From: an uncultured Chlamydiae bacterium
GTDB lineage: Bacteria; Chlamydiota; Chlamydiia; Chlamydiales; Parachlamydiaceae
Length of the DNA stretch: 64,000 bases
Assembly: GCA_963754655.1 (NCBI GenBank)
Contig: CAVWGN010000001.1
Span: 2,528,001-2,592,000 of the forward strand
Direction: 5' to 3'
In this document: one piece after another, positions 28,292 through 38,717 of the stretch
How the letters are laid out: each line of letters starts with the position of its first letter
How positions within the stretch are numbered: the first letter of the stretch is position 1
Program-made: the position numbers and the translations under genes
The notes under the pieces: generated by a model
Seen by the model: only the letters and a program-made list of their open reading frames with translations
The model's database searches: none
Told to the model about the DNA's origin: nothing

Positions 28292-30751
28292 TTAAGTTTC
28301 CTGCCTTGGATTTCGGATTTCACGCTCTTGATTGCCCAGACCTTGCTGTTGGCTGCCAGCCCCTGATTCTTGGCGCCTCACTTCAAACTTTTGGCTCTTA
28401 ACTCCCCACTCTCGGCTTTGTGTTTCTGTTTCACGGCTGATTTTCACTTGCATTCCATTCATTAGACCAGTTCCTAATTCATGAACGGGAATCTCGTGCT
28501 CAAACCCAAGAGGCAAAACAATTGTCCCTTCGGCTACCCGCTTATCAAATCTCACTTTTGCTACGATGGAATTGCCATTAGCACTGACACGCACTGTATC
28601 GCCATCCTTTAACCCTTGCTTCAATCCTTCTTGATCTTGCAATCTTAACATCGGTTCTTTTGCCAGCCAAATAAGGTGAGGATCATGCTTCATGCGCACT
28701 CCATGATCAAAAAGAGTACGGGTAAAAGTTGCTGCAAGCGCTCCCTGATTTAAGGGAGCCGGCTGATGAGATTGCACATGAGGTTCCAACGTTTGCGGCC
28801 TCGTTAAAGGGAAGCGCTTAAGGTTAAGCTTGTCGGCAAAATCGGCATCGAGCTCCAAATTGAAATTCAATTTTTTAGCCAGTTCCATAAAAATTTCAGC
28901 ATCACCATAAATGTTTTCAGGCACCTCTTTTCCAGGAAGCAGCGCCTGCACGCGCCCTTCAATGTTGATAAAACTTCCCCCTTTTTCAATAAAAGTCAAT
29001 GTCGGAAGAATGACGTCAGCCTGTTGTGCCGTTTCTGTTAAAAAGAGATCTTGAACGACCAAAAATCCTAACTTGGAACGAGCGCCTTGCCAAAGTTTTG
29101 TAGGGAATTGCAAGGCTGGATTTGCACCCGCAACATAAAGAAAATCCCAGCCTTCAGAGGCTGCGCTCTCTAAAACCTGTTGAGCATTCATGCCAGGCTT
29201 CTCTATGGTTTTGCCAAAAGGTCCACATTCTGGCCGCATCCCAGCCAAGCGAGCTCCCATGCTATTGCCTCTTCCTTCCATAATGTTCAGCGTAAGATTA
29301 GGCATTGCTTGGCGCAATTTCAATAATTCAGATAAAATTGCACGACGTTGCGGACTCACTAAGTACTGCCTGCCAACGAAAAGAGCGCCTTTTTTTCCCT
29401 GTTTTGCTAAATCGTTTATCTTAGATAACTGCTGTTTAAATATTTCAAGTTCCCGACCAGGCGGATGAAGGATGGTTTCTGTTAAATAAGGGGCAATTTC
29501 AGGAGCAAAATGTCCCATAAAAATGACTTGAGCTCCTTTATTAATGGCTTGCCGCAAACGCAGCCAGATCACAGGAAATTGCTCAGTTAGGTCCAATCCC
29601 AGAAGAACAGCAAACGACAAATCTTCGCATTCACCAATGGTCATTTCCATCCCCGGCCCTATGCCCTCTTCTTCTAGGCTTGTAAGAGGCATTCCAATGC
29701 GATGATCCACATGATTGACACCCGCTCCTTCACGCATGAACTTTTGAAACAAGTAATTCTCTTCAAACGTCAGAGGATTGCCGCCGAATGCAGCTAACTT
29801 GCCATTGGGCTTAGCTGCTTGGATGTTAGAAGCTATTAACGACAAAGCTTCTTCCCAATTGGCTGACTCCAATTGACCGTTGCGACGAATCAGCGGCTGT
29901 GTCAGACGATCGGGATGATAGGTAAACTCGTAACCAAACCAACCTTTATCACATAGCCAAATGTCATTCACATCGCGATTTTCACGCGACCGTGTCCGCA
30001 TGATCTGACCATCGCGCGAATCAAGAATTAGGCTGCATCCAACAGGACATAAGGGACACGTGCTATTAGTAGAATCATTATCCCAAGGCCGCGCACGAAA
30101 ACGATAAACCTGACTTGTCAAGGCACCGACTGGACAAATCATAATGGTATTGCCTATAAATTTGGATTCAGCAGGTCCTCCATCTGGAGTTCCGATTTCT
30201 GTTCTATAGCCTCGTTCCAGAAATTCAAGCGCATGATCGCCCGCTAGAAGATCACCAAAGCGAGTACAGCGAGCACATACGATGCAGCGTTCGCGATCCA
30301 GCATCAGAACAGGCCCTAATGGCAGAGGTTTTTTAAATTTTCTTTTTTCTTCAAAAAAGCGGCTCATTCCAGGCCCATATTTCAAAGTATTTTCCTGAAG
30401 TGGACACTCCCCTCCGCGATCGCAAATAGGGCAATCGAGCGGATGATTGAGAAGCAAGAATTCAATAATTTCTTTGCGACCCTCTTCTGCCATTTGACTT
30501 TGGGTTTTGACAACCATTCCTTCTTTCGCTTCCAATGTGCAAGATGTTTGCGGCTTCGACATTTTTTCCACTTCCACTAAACACACACGGCAAGCGCCAA
30601 AAGGAGGCAAGCGATCAAGATAACAAAAAATCGGAATTTCAATTCCAATTTGCAGGCATGCCTGATAGACAGTTGTCCCTTGAGGAACAGTGATTCTTTT
30701 GCCATCAATTGTCAAATTAATCATCATTGGGTTTGTTGTTGGCTCACTCAT
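28292..30751 (-). CDS. nuoG: NADH-quinone oxidoreductase subunit G
   Basis: GACRVCLVE, NHPLDCPICDRGGECPLQ, CIVCARC and CPLCPVGC. Confidence 0.95.
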   Translation of the reverse strand: MSEPTTNPMMINLTIDGKRITVPQGTTVYQACLQIGIEIPIFCYLDRLPPFGACRVCLVEVEKMSKPQTSCTLEAKEGMVVKTQSQMAEEGRKEIIEFLLLNHPLDCPICDRGGECPLQENTLKYGPGMSRFFEEKRKFKKPLPLGPVLMLDRERCIVCARCTRFGDLLAGDHALEFLERGYRTEIGTPDGGPAESKFIGNTIMICPVGALTSQVYRFRARPWDNDSTNSTCPLCPVGCSLILDSRDGQIMRTRSRENRDVNDIWLCDKGWFGYEFTYHPDRLTQPLIRRNGQLESANWEEALSLIASNIQAAKPNGKLAAFGGNPLTFEENYLFQKFMREGAGVNHVDHRIGMPLTSLEEEGIGPGMEMTIGECEDLSFAVLLGLDLTEQFPVIWLRLRQAINKGAQVIFMGHFAPEIAPYLTETILHPPGRELEIFKQQLSKINDLAKQGKKGALFVGRQYLVSPQRRAILSELLKLRQAMPNLTLNIMEGRGNSMGARLAGMRPECGPFGKTIEKPGMNAQQVLESAASEGWDFLYVAGANPALQFPTKLWQGARSKLGFLVVQDLFLTETAQQADVILPTLTFIEKGGSFINIEGRVQALLPGKEVPENIYGDAEIFMELAKKLNFNLELDADFADKLNLKRFPLTRPQTLEPHVQSHQPAPLNQGALAATFTRTLFDHGVRMKHDPHLIWLAKEPMLRLQDQEGLKQGLKDGDTVRVSANGNSIVAKVRFDKRVAEGTIVLPLGFEHEIPVHELGTGLMNGMQVKISRETETQSREWGVKSQKFEVRRQESGAGSQQQGLGNQEREIRNPRQET

Positions 30752-30754
30752 TAT

Positions 30755-32155
30755 TTAACTTCTTATCCCTAATTTCTTTTTTTCTCCTTCAGGTCCTCGT
30801 GTGTGGACCGCCGTCTCTTCCCCTACTCCCCCTTCCACGGCAAAAGGATAGACCTTTAAATAGGGATAGGAGACTTTCATGGACGGATGTCCTTTGGCAT
30901 TGGGATTGCGGCGAATGTAATCTTCAAATTCATTTCTAAATTCGACAATCGCGCTCACAATGGGTGGAGCTGCTCCAACGGCTAAAGCACAAAAAGAGGT
31001 TGCCGCCATGCTATTGCACACCTGTTCAATCACCGACAAATCACCCAATGTTCCACCACCCGTTTCAATTCTTGCTAAAATCTGAACAATCCAACGCGTT
31101 CCTTCGCGACAAGGCGTACATTTCCCACATGATTCATTTTGATAGAACTGCATCAAGCGATGGACAACTTTGACCATGTCGGCTGTCTCATCCATGACGA
31201 TAATGGAAGCTGTTCCCAATGCTGATCCGCGGGCTGCCAATTCTTCAAAATCCATGGAAATATCCAAATCGCGCGCAGTCAAAAGTGAACACGAGGAACC
31301 CCCTGGATAACAAGCCTTAAATTTCCGCCCAGGAAGCATCCCACCCGCTGCATCTAAGACTTCGCGAAGAGGAATGCCTAGCGGAAATTCATAGCAGCCA
31401 GGATGCTGGACCTGTCCACTGATTTGAAAAATTTTCGTTCCAGTATTCTTGGGCTTTCCAATTTTTTGGTACCATTCCACTCCCCGATTCACAATGTGTA
31501 CGACATTGCATAAAGTCTCAACATTATTGACGACAGTCGGTTTGCTATAAAGGCCTGCTACAGCGGGAAAAGGAGGCTTCAATCGTGGCGTGGCGCGCAA
31601 GCCTTCTAAGGAATTAAGTAACGCTGTTTCTTCGCCAGCGATATAGGCACCTGCTCCAGGGTGGACAATGATTTCTAAAGAAAAATTGGATCCTAAAATA
31701 TTTTCTCCGAGATAACCTTTTTCCTTCGCCTCTCTGACCGCTGTGCGCAATTTGGCAATGCCTTCAAAGAATTCTCCACGACAATAGATGACGGCAAAAT
31801 GGGCGTTAATGGCATAGCTTGCCAGAATCATTCCTTCAATCAGCTGATGAGGATCGTGCTCGATTAGCATTCGATCTTTAAATGTTCCAGGCTCGCTTTC
31901 ATCACAGTTGCAAACCAAATACTTAGGAAGCGAGGAATCTTTGGGAATAAAGCCCCACTTCGCGCCAGTTGAAAATCCAGCTCCTCCCCGACCTCGCAAA
32001 CCTGATTGCTTGACACGCTCTGTCAGTTCTGCCGGTGCAATGTTAGGAATCGCCTTACGAATCGCTTGATAGCCTCCATTGCGTTCGTAGGTATCAATAT
32101 GGATTTGATCGGGTGAATCCACGTGAGCCATGAGAATACGCATTTCAGACATCAT
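30755..32155 (-). CDS. nuoF: NADH-quinone oxidoreductase subunit F
   Basis: GLRGRGGAGF, DESEPGTFKD, GEETAL, ESCGKCTPCREG. Confidence 0.96.
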   Translation of the reverse strand: MMSEMRILMAHVDSPDQIHIDTYERNGGYQAIRKAIPNIAPAELTERVKQSGLRGRGGAGFSTGAKWGFIPKDSSLPKYLVCNCDESEPGTFKDRMLIEHDPHQLIEGMILASYAINAHFAVIYCRGEFFEGIAKLRTAVREAKEKGYLGENILGSNFSLEIIVHPGAGAYIAGEETALLNSLEGLRATPRLKPPFPAVAGLYSKPTVVNNVETLCNVVHIVNRGVEWYQKIGKPKNTGTKIFQISGQVQHPGCYEFPLGIPLREVLDAAGGMLPGRKFKACYPGGSSCSLLTARDLDISMDFEELAARGSALGTASIIVMDETADMVKVVHRLMQFYQNESCGKCTPCREGTRWIVQILARIETGGGTLGDLSVIEQVCNSMAATSFCALAVGAAPPIVSAIVEFRNEFEDYIRRNPNAKGHPSMKVSYPYLKVYPFAVEGGVGEETAVHTRGPEGEKKKLGIRS

Positions 32156-32660
32156 CAGCCTCCGGTTTTTCGATTGGGGCTGGGTGCCCAGGACCTTGTT
32201 TGGCTTCTGCTAAAATGCGATCTAAGTCCTCTTCCTTGACCGGCCCTACCACCTTCTCATCCACGATCATCATGGGAGCACGATCGCAAGCAGCCAAGCA
32301 CTCGGATGGAACAACGGTAAATTCGCCATCTGCAGTCGTTTCACTTGGATGGATTTGAAGCTTATCACACAACTTTTCTAACAATTCATCCGATCCTCGC
32401 AACATACAGGAAATATTTTTACAGACGTGAATCAAATGCTTGCCAACCGGCTCCTCAAAAAACATGTCATAAAAAGTGACCACAGCATTGACTTCATTTG
32501 GATCCAATCCGAAAAGCACAGCCACTTCATTTTGCGTCTCGCGCGGAAGATATCCCACTTCCGCCTGTGCTAAATGAAGCGCTGGAATAAGCGCCGAGCG
32601 CTTCTCAGGATATAATGTTTGCAATTTCAAAATTGCGTTTTTTGTTTTCTGAGTTAGCAT
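32145..32660 (-). CDS. nuoE: NADH-quinone oxidoreductase subunit E
   Basis: CKNISC...ECLAAC 2Fe-2S motif. Confidence 0.95.
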   Translation of the reverse strand: MLTQKTKNAILKLQTLYPEKRSALIPALHLAQAEVGYLPRETQNEVAVLFGLDPNEVNAVVTFYDMFFEEPVGKHLIHVCKNISCMLRGSDELLEKLCDKLQIHPSETTADGEFTVVPSECLAACDRAPMMIVDEKVVGPVKEEDLDRILAEAKQGPGHPAPIEKPEADDV

Positions 32661-33883
32661 TAGCGATCCACATCTCCTAGAATGGGGTCGACGCTGGCGA
32701 TGGCTACCACGACGTCGGATAGAATCAATCCTACTAATACCTTTTTTAAGACTTCCACATGCGGAAAAGAAGGTGAGCGCACCCGCAAGCGATAGGGACG
32801 GTTGCTTCCATCACTGACGAGATAAAATCCCAGTTCTCCGCGCGCTGATTCAACGCAGTAATAAATTTCTCCAACCGGTGGATGAATTCCCTCGCTTACC
32901 AGCTTGAAGTGATGGATGACCGCCTCCATACTACGCGCTAATTCACGACGTGGAGGCAAAGCCACTTTGCGATTATCGGTGATAATGGGTCCAGGCGTTA
33001 GCCGTCCTAATGCTTGCTCTACCAAAGAAGCACTTTGCTGCATTTCTTCCATGCGTATTAAATAACGGGCGTAGGCATCGGCTTCCGTGTAAGTTGGAAT
33101 GTCAAACTGATACGTTTCATATCCCAGATAAGGATAGATCTTGCGGATGTCATAGGGGACGCCAGCTGCACGAATCACAGGGCCGGTACACATGTACTGC
33201 TTGCAAAGCTCTTGATTAATGACAGCCACGCCTTGCAGTCTTTCGCACCACACATAATTATTTGTTAACAGATGATCTAAATCTTTCCAAGTCCTAGGAA
33301 AATTTTTTAAAAAATCACGCACTTGATCTTCAAATTCAGGATTAAGATCATAAGCTAATCCACCAATGCGCCAGCTATTAGGGAACATGCGCGCACCGGA
33401 AAATCCCTCAAAGACATCTAAAATTTTTTCCCGTTCAGCAAAACAATACATGTAGACGGAGGACATATTGAGTTCGAGGGCACTTGTTCCGACCCATAAT
33501 AAATGACTGGCAATGCGTGCAAGTTCCAAGATGATCAAGCGGATGATTTGTGCTCTTTCTGGAACATCTACTTTCATCAAGCGTTCCACTGTCCCAGCAA
33601 AGCCTTGTTCTTCAGAAGGACCTGATAAATAATCTAACCGATCAACCAAAGGAAAAACTTGAAAATAGGTACGCGTCTCACATTCTTTTTCAATGCCTGT
33701 GTGCAAATAGCCAATGACAGGTTCAGCCGCTATGACCACTTCTCCATCAAGCTTAAGTTTGATGCGCAATACGCCATGAGTAGAGGGATGTTGAGGCCCG
33801 AGGTTGAGCTCCATCATATCGCCTGTTTTTTCAAGGCTAAGATCTTCGCTTACCTTTGACATACTGCCTTGCCCGCTATTCAT
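32660..33883 (-). CDS. nuoD: NADH-quinone oxidoreductase subunit D
   Basis: GPQHPSTHGVLR, DRLDY, C-terminal GDVDR. Confidence 0.96.
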   Translation of the reverse strand: MNSGQGSMSKVSEDLSLEKTGDMMELNLGPQHPSTHGVLRIKLKLDGEVVIAAEPVIGYLHTGIEKECETRTYFQVFPLVDRLDYLSGPSEEQGFAGTVERLMKVDVPERAQIIRLIILELARIASHLLWVGTSALELNMSSVYMYCFAEREKILDVFEGFSGARMFPNSWRIGGLAYDLNPEFEDQVRDFLKNFPRTWKDLDHLLTNNYVWCERLQGVAVINQELCKQYMCTGPVIRAAGVPYDIRKIYPYLGYETYQFDIPTYTEADAYARYLIRMEEMQQSASLVEQALGRLTPGPIITDNRKVALPPRRELARSMEAVIHHFKLVSEGIHPPVGEIYYCVESARGELGFYLVSDGSNRPYRLRVRSPSFPHVEVLKKVLVGLILSDVVVAIASVDPILGDVDR

Positions 33884-34415
33884 GAATATTCTTTTGTTTT
33901 CGTCTTACATGGATAATCTCTGAAGGAACCTTAGGATGAACGCCATGCTTGAAAGCAACCGGCTGCTCTGTTAAAGGATAATCCTTGCATAAAGGATGAC
34001 CTTTCCAATCATCAGGCATCAAAATGCGCTTTAAGTCAGGATGCCCATTAAAATGAACACCAAACAAATCAAAAAGTTCGCGCTCATACCAATCTGCTCC
34101 TTCCCAAAGAGAAGCGACAGAAGGAAGAATTTCTTCACGCTTTGCAAATAGGCAAATGCGCAATCTTTGATAATCAATGGGATTATGAAGCCAATAGACG
34201 ACTTTGGTTCCTTTGATCGGCTCTAAATAATCAACTCCTGTCAAATCCATTAAGACCTCATAGCCAGGAGCTGGCGTCTGCTTTAAAAAAGAGAGCACTT
34301 CAATCAAATTTTCCTTGCGAATCTCTAAGGTGATTTCATCACAAAAGTCAGTTTCTTTAAGGATAGCTTCTCCACATTTTTCTTTAACTTCCTTCACAGC
34401 GTCAGACGTTTTCAT
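33876..34415 (-). CDS. nuoC: NADH-quinone oxidoreductase subunit C
   Basis: Likely start MKTSDAV at 34415; [11 protein letters not shown]...HPDLKRILM. Confidence 0.94.
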   Translation of the reverse strand: MKTSDAVKEVKEKCGEAILKETDFCDEITLEIRKENLIEVLSFLKQTPAPGYEVLMDLTGVDYLEPIKGTKVVYWLHNPIDYQRLRICLFAKREEILPSVASLWEGADWYERELFDLFGVHFNGHPDLKRILMPDDWKGHPLCKDYPLTEQPVAFKHGVHPKVPSEIIHVRRKQKNIHE

Positions 34416-34902
34416 GTGCTTGCCTTCTTTTGACAAAAGCCTCTTTGGATTGAATCTTTTTTTGTAAAACAAGCAACCCATCAAGCAGAGCTTCGGGACG
34501 TGGAGGACAGCCAGCGACATAAACATCGACAGGCACTAGGAGATCCACCCCTTGAATGATTGCATAATTATTGAAGACCCCGGCACAAGAGGCACAGTCG
34601 CCCATTGCAACCACCCATTTAGGCTCCAACATTTGCTCGTAAATAGTGACAAGCACAGGAGCCATTTTCTGACTCACACGCCCTGCAACAATCATGACAT
34701 CACTTTGACGAGGAGAAGCACGAAAAACCTCCATTCCAAAACGAGCCATATCATAGCGACTAGCAGCAGTTGACATCATTTCAATGGCACAGCACGCTAA
34801 TCCAAATTGTGCGGGCCAAAGCGAATTTCCCCGGGCCCAATTAAGCAACTTTTCAAAGGGACCCAATAAGAAGGGAATTCTTTCTCGAGGGGCATATCCC
34901 AT
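34402..34902 (-). CDS. nuoB: NADH-quinone oxidoreductase subunit B
   Basis: [22 protein letters not shown]. Confidence 0.96.
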   Translation of the reverse strand: MGYAPRERIPFLLGPFEKLLNWARGNSLWPAQFGLACCAIEMMSTAASRYDMARFGMEVFRASPRQSDVMIVAGRVSQKMAPVLVTIYEQMLEPKWVVAMGDCASCAGVFNNYAIIQGVDLLVPVDVYVAGCPPRPEALLDGLLVLQKKIQSKEAFVKRRQAHENV

Positions 34903-34932
34903 GGTGTTCTCCTGTAACAGATTAGATGGTCA

Positions 34933-35289
34933 TTATTCCCATTGCAAACCTCCTTTACGCCAAACGTAAGTGAATCCCACTAAAAGTGCGACTAAAAAAA
35001 ATGCCATTTCATAAAAAGCGAAAGCTCCCATCTGCTTAGCAATGGCAGCCCATGGGTATAGAAAAATCACTTCAATATCAAAAACAAGAAACATCAAAGC
35101 CACTAAATAATGGTGAAGGGTAAACCGTTCATGAAGCAAATTCGTTTCAGTTGAAATTCCAGATTCATAAGGCATAAATTTGACTAGAGAAGATTTTCTG
35201 GATGGAAAAAGAGAGGAGGCGCCTAAGACGAGTAGTGTAATCAAAATCACGACCCAGAAATAAACGTAAACTGAGAAATAACTTGTCAT
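34933..35289 (-). CDS. nuoA: NADH-quinone oxidoreductase subunit A
   Basis: PYESG, FLVFDIE.IFLYPWA, WRKGGLQWE. Confidence 0.95.
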   Translation of the reverse strand: MTSYFSVYVYFWVVILITLLVLGASSLFPSRKSSLVKFMPYESGISTETNLLHERFTLHHYLVALMFLVFDIEVIFLYPWAAIAKQMGAFAFYEMAFFLVALLVGFTYVWRKGGLQWE

Positions 35290-35342
35290 ATGCCTATCCT
35301 CAATTGAAGCAGTTAAGCTTAAGATTTATTTTATCCCCAAGG

Positions 35343-35804
35343 CTAAGGAAGATTTGCTATACGGACAACTCCCAACTGTGCACGATAATAATAATAGACA
35401 TTTGTTGGGTCCGCATTAGAATTAATATAGTTTACATATACCATATTACTCGGCTGAGTTGCTTGAAAAATAGACGTAAAAGCTGCGGAAGGAAATTCGT
35501 TCTGATTTATATTGAGAGGTAAAAGAATACTATCCCCTATATTCATGCCATTTACTACAAGTTGTGCACTAGGTAAACCCATAGTGTTCGTAGCAGTGTT
35601 ATTGGATGTAACTAGAGTAAAGTTAAGTTGATAGACACCGGGTCCAACATTAATTGCATAATAGAACATGGGTATAGGAGGATTATTCATTGAAACTGGC
35701 ATAATGTTATTTACCAATTCAACTGTATCATACATAAAATTTTTTGCTAGACGAAATAAATGCAAAACTAAAAATTCAAATTCAATGAAAGATTGCTTCA
35801 ACAT
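35343..35804 (-). CDS. Hypothetical beta-rich protein (possibly BclA-C/C1q-like; may be a fragment)
   Basis: GVYQLNF...VVRIA pattern, Asn-rich; start uncertain. Confidence 0.45.
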   Translation of the reverse strand: MLKQSFIEFEFLVLHLFRLAKNFMYDTVELVNNIMPVSMNNPPIPMFYYAINVGPGVYQLNFTLVTSNNTATNTMGLPSAQLVVNGMNIGDSILLPLNINQNEFPSAAFTSIFQATQPSNMVYVNYINSNADPTNVYYYYRAQLGVVRIANLP

Positions 35805-36268
35805 AGGTTTTGACCAATTCCCCTATCATTTTTGAATTCAATTAGTCTATTTGCTGGCTCTTTGCTCATCATTAAAATAAATTGTTTGATACCATGTCAA
35901 AAAAAAATTTACAAGCATAAAAGAAAAGGATAAAGACAAAAAATGATGAGTCTCCTTAATCTTATCCCCCTTCAGGACGTTTAACTAAAACAATTTGGCA
36001 GCCTTAATTCTATTCATTTCTAAAAGTTACAACAAAAACCACCGCAATTCATCTTCTTTTTTCAACCCTCTTCTTTTTAAACATAAAATCAATATAAATT
36101 GTAAACGTTAGAAAATAAATCGTTTAAATCTGTCAAATTTTTCTTATTAAAAAGCTCCAGTAAAAAGTATAGGTAAATATATAATAAATTAATAAATATG
36201 ATATAATTAAATTGAATGCACGTCTGCCTTATTAGACTTGGGAGTTTTAACTAACAGTAGGAGAAGGT

Positions 36269-36424
36269 ATGTTAGGCACAATTTTATTAATCATTCTTAT
36301 TTTGATTTTGTTGGGCGCTCTCCCTACATGGCCATATAGTGCTGGTTGGGGGTATGGTCCCAGTGGGATTCTCGGTACTATTCTCATTATCTTTATTATT
36401 TTAATGTTAATGGGAAGAATTTAG
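36269..36424 (+). CDS. DUF3309-family small membrane protein (51 aa; not in the ORF track)
   Basis: AGGAG RBS; MLGTILLIILILILLGALPTWPYSAGWGYGPSGILG...MGRI has the family motif. Confidence 0.88.
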   Translation: MLGTILLIILILILLGALPTWPYSAGWGYGPSGILGTILIIFIILMLMGRI

Positions 36425-36608
36425 CCGAAAAAAAAGGGTAGCGCATCTGTTAAATAACCAGATGATAAGACTGGATGATTCGATATATTTAGTCGTAATA
36501 CCCCACTTCGCTCAAAAACGAGATGGGGCGTATCTTAAAAGAATAACGCCCCACCCCAATGTGTTAAGTTAAGAGTTGGGGCGATGCGTTAAATACATAG
36601 AAAAGAAA

Positions 36609-36678
36609 GTTCCTCTTCAGGGAACAATCAGGATTTCTTATGAACCCACAGCTGTGCTGCGCTTGGGCTGTGGGCTAC
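36609..36678 (-). repeat. Isolated degenerate REP-like unit
   Basis: Hairpin GTTCC-TCTTCAG-GGAAC plus minus-strand GTAG-CCCACAGC...GCTGTGGG. Confidence 0.55.
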
Positions 36679-36869
36679 AAAAAAGAATAGCGTAAAGCGC
36701 TAAATTTAAGTCCTAAAGGCATTGTATATGATCGATAAAGTTCTGCAAATTTCAATCTACCGATTTTACAATCATATGTCATATTGCTAAAAGGGCAATC
36801 ATCCATGTTTTTCAAGAGAACAAGAAAAAGACTAACAATTTTTCAAGATCGGTTGCGAGCAAGTTAGAT

Positions 36870-37501
36870 AGTCACCTTACGCAAGCGAGGTTAAATAATC
36901 AGCGATATCCTTTAAATAACCAATAGCATGATTTGTTTAATAGCCTGAAAGGCTTCAAAGAAAATAGCCCAAGGCATCGCCCTGGTTTAGGGTGTTAATT
37001 TTGTGCAAAAAATGAGCTTTATTTTTCACAATAATTGGCATAGTTGAATTGAAGGTCAGATGTTTATGCCGTCCTTTCAGGACTCGATGTCTTTTTGATA
37101 GAACCCAGGCCTCCGCTTCGCTGCGACCTGGGCTGTAACATGACGGCCCTTCAGGCCTTAACAAGAGATGTTTAAGTCCCTCTTCTATAGTCCCTAAATC
37201 ATCTTTTTGTTAAGGCCTGAAGGGCCGTCATGTTACAGCCCAGGTCGCAGCGAAGCGGAGGCCTGGGTTCTATCAAAAAGACATCGAGTCCTGAAAGGAC
37301 GGCATAAACATCTGACCTTCAATTCAACTATGCCAATTATTGTGAAAAATAAAGCTCATTTTTTGCACAAAATTAACACCCTAAACCAGGGCGATGCCTT
37401 GGGCTATTTTCTTTGAAGCCTTTCAGGCTATTAAACAAATCATGCTATTGGTTATTTAAAGGATATCACTGATTATTTAACCTCGCTTGCGTAAGGTGAC
37501 T
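36870..37501. repeat. Giant palindrome P3 (632 bp)
   Basis: 295 bp arms (36870-37164 / 37207-37501) with one mismatch found by eye (36903); 42 bp loop. The two 69 aa mirror ORFs in the track are identical. Confidence 0.96.
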
Positions 37502-37540
37502 TACTTAAGATTGATAAAGTCAGCAAAAATAGTAAATCCA

Positions 37541-38554
37541 TTAATCTATTAAACAATCAATTAACACTGGCAAATGATCAGATGGAAAATGCCCATCAAC
37601 GGTTCCCGGCTGCACGGCATGCAGGATCACTGTGAGTCCATTTGAAACGTAAATATGATCTAAAAATACGCCTGGAGTGCCAGTCCCTTTAAAGGGAATG
37701 GTATCATCGCTTGTATTACTAAAGGTAGAAACAGGGCCTAAATGACCTAAAAGAGAAACATCTTTGGCATCACGCAAATGCTTTTTTGTCAGAATGCGAT
37801 GGACGTAGTCGCCATCATGAAAAGGCAATTTTTCTAAATCCAATCGATTAGGAAAAGTATTCATATCGCCTGTCAATATCACTGGCATTTTTTTTGCAAA
37901 CACCGCAATCTTGTGAGCAATAAACCTCGCTTGAAAATCTCTCTTCTCAATTTTGGAAAAAGCCAAATGAGTATTAAAAACTGCTAGACATTTCCCAGTC
38001 AGACGATCTTTTAATTGCAGCATCGTTAACGTTCCTGCATTTGTTACATTTGGTGTAGGGGTCATCAACCAAATGTGATGCTCCATTACCTCAAAACGTT
38101 CTTTGCGATAAAAGATGCCATTGAGCTCGCCATCTTGACAAGCTTTAGCATAAAATTCAAATTGTTCTTCAAAATGAGGTAACAAATCCACAAGCTGATC
38201 CGGATACAGCTCTTGCACTCCTATAATATCAGGTTTCATTTCATCAATTAACTCGACAATACGTGATAAACGCTGCGGCCAGCGATTCTCTTCATCCAAA
38301 TTGTGATCGTAAAGATTAAACAGTACATTGTAACTCACGATTCGGAAGCTTTCCTTCTTACTTTTAAGAGCAGATGCTATTTCCGAAAATTGCCCTTTAG
38401 AATATTTGGCAGTAGGAAGATTCTTAAGATTTTCAAATTTCTCCATTTGTGGAATAATAGAATGCTCAACAGCTTCACCTAAATAAGAATTTATCAGAAA
38501 AGGGACCAAAAGATAAGTCCAGAATCCTTTTAACTTCCATTGACAAGGCACCAT
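37541..38554 (-). CDS. Endonuclease/exonuclease/phosphatase (EEP) family protein
   Basis: SYNV, GVQE, NTHL, GDMN, LDHI and SDHLP motifs. Confidence 0.9.
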   Translation of the reverse strand: MVPCQWKLKGFWTYLLVPFLINSYLGEAVEHSIIPQMEKFENLKNLPTAKYSKGQFSEIASALKSKKESFRIVSYNVLFNLYDHNLDEENRWPQRLSRIVELIDEMKPDIIGVQELYPDQLVDLLPHFEEQFEFYAKACQDGELNGIFYRKERFEVMEHHIWLMTPTPNVTNAGTLTMLQLKDRLTGKCLAVFNTHLAFSKIEKRDFQARFIAHKIAVFAKKMPVILTGDMNTFPNRLDLEKLPFHDGDYVHRILTKKHLRDAKDVSLLGHLGPVSTFSNTSDDTIPFKGTGTPGVFLDHIYVSNGLTVILHAVQPGTVDGHFPSDHLPVLIDCLID

Positions 38555-38717
38555 AAAAAAAACTCCTTATTGCTTTAGAAATTTATAGCTCGAAATGCCC
38601 TATTTTAAATCAAATCTTGTTTACAGAAAATATGTAATTATTAATTTAAATAAAAATTAAATCTTTGTTGAAATTTAATTCTATTTTGAATATTATTAAC
38701 TAATAATAATTAATTTT

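Noticed and set aside
33876..34526. Extended NuoC N-terminus overlapping nuoB by 125 bp
   Set aside because: The ATG at 34415 gives a normal-length NuoC with a short overlap.
36955..37416. Identical mirror ORFs MLRPEGPSCYSPGRSEAEAW... (also 11464-11688, 19524-19739, 47018-47206)
   Set aside because: By-products of the palindrome arms: TTG starts, no RBS, and frames broken differently in different copies.
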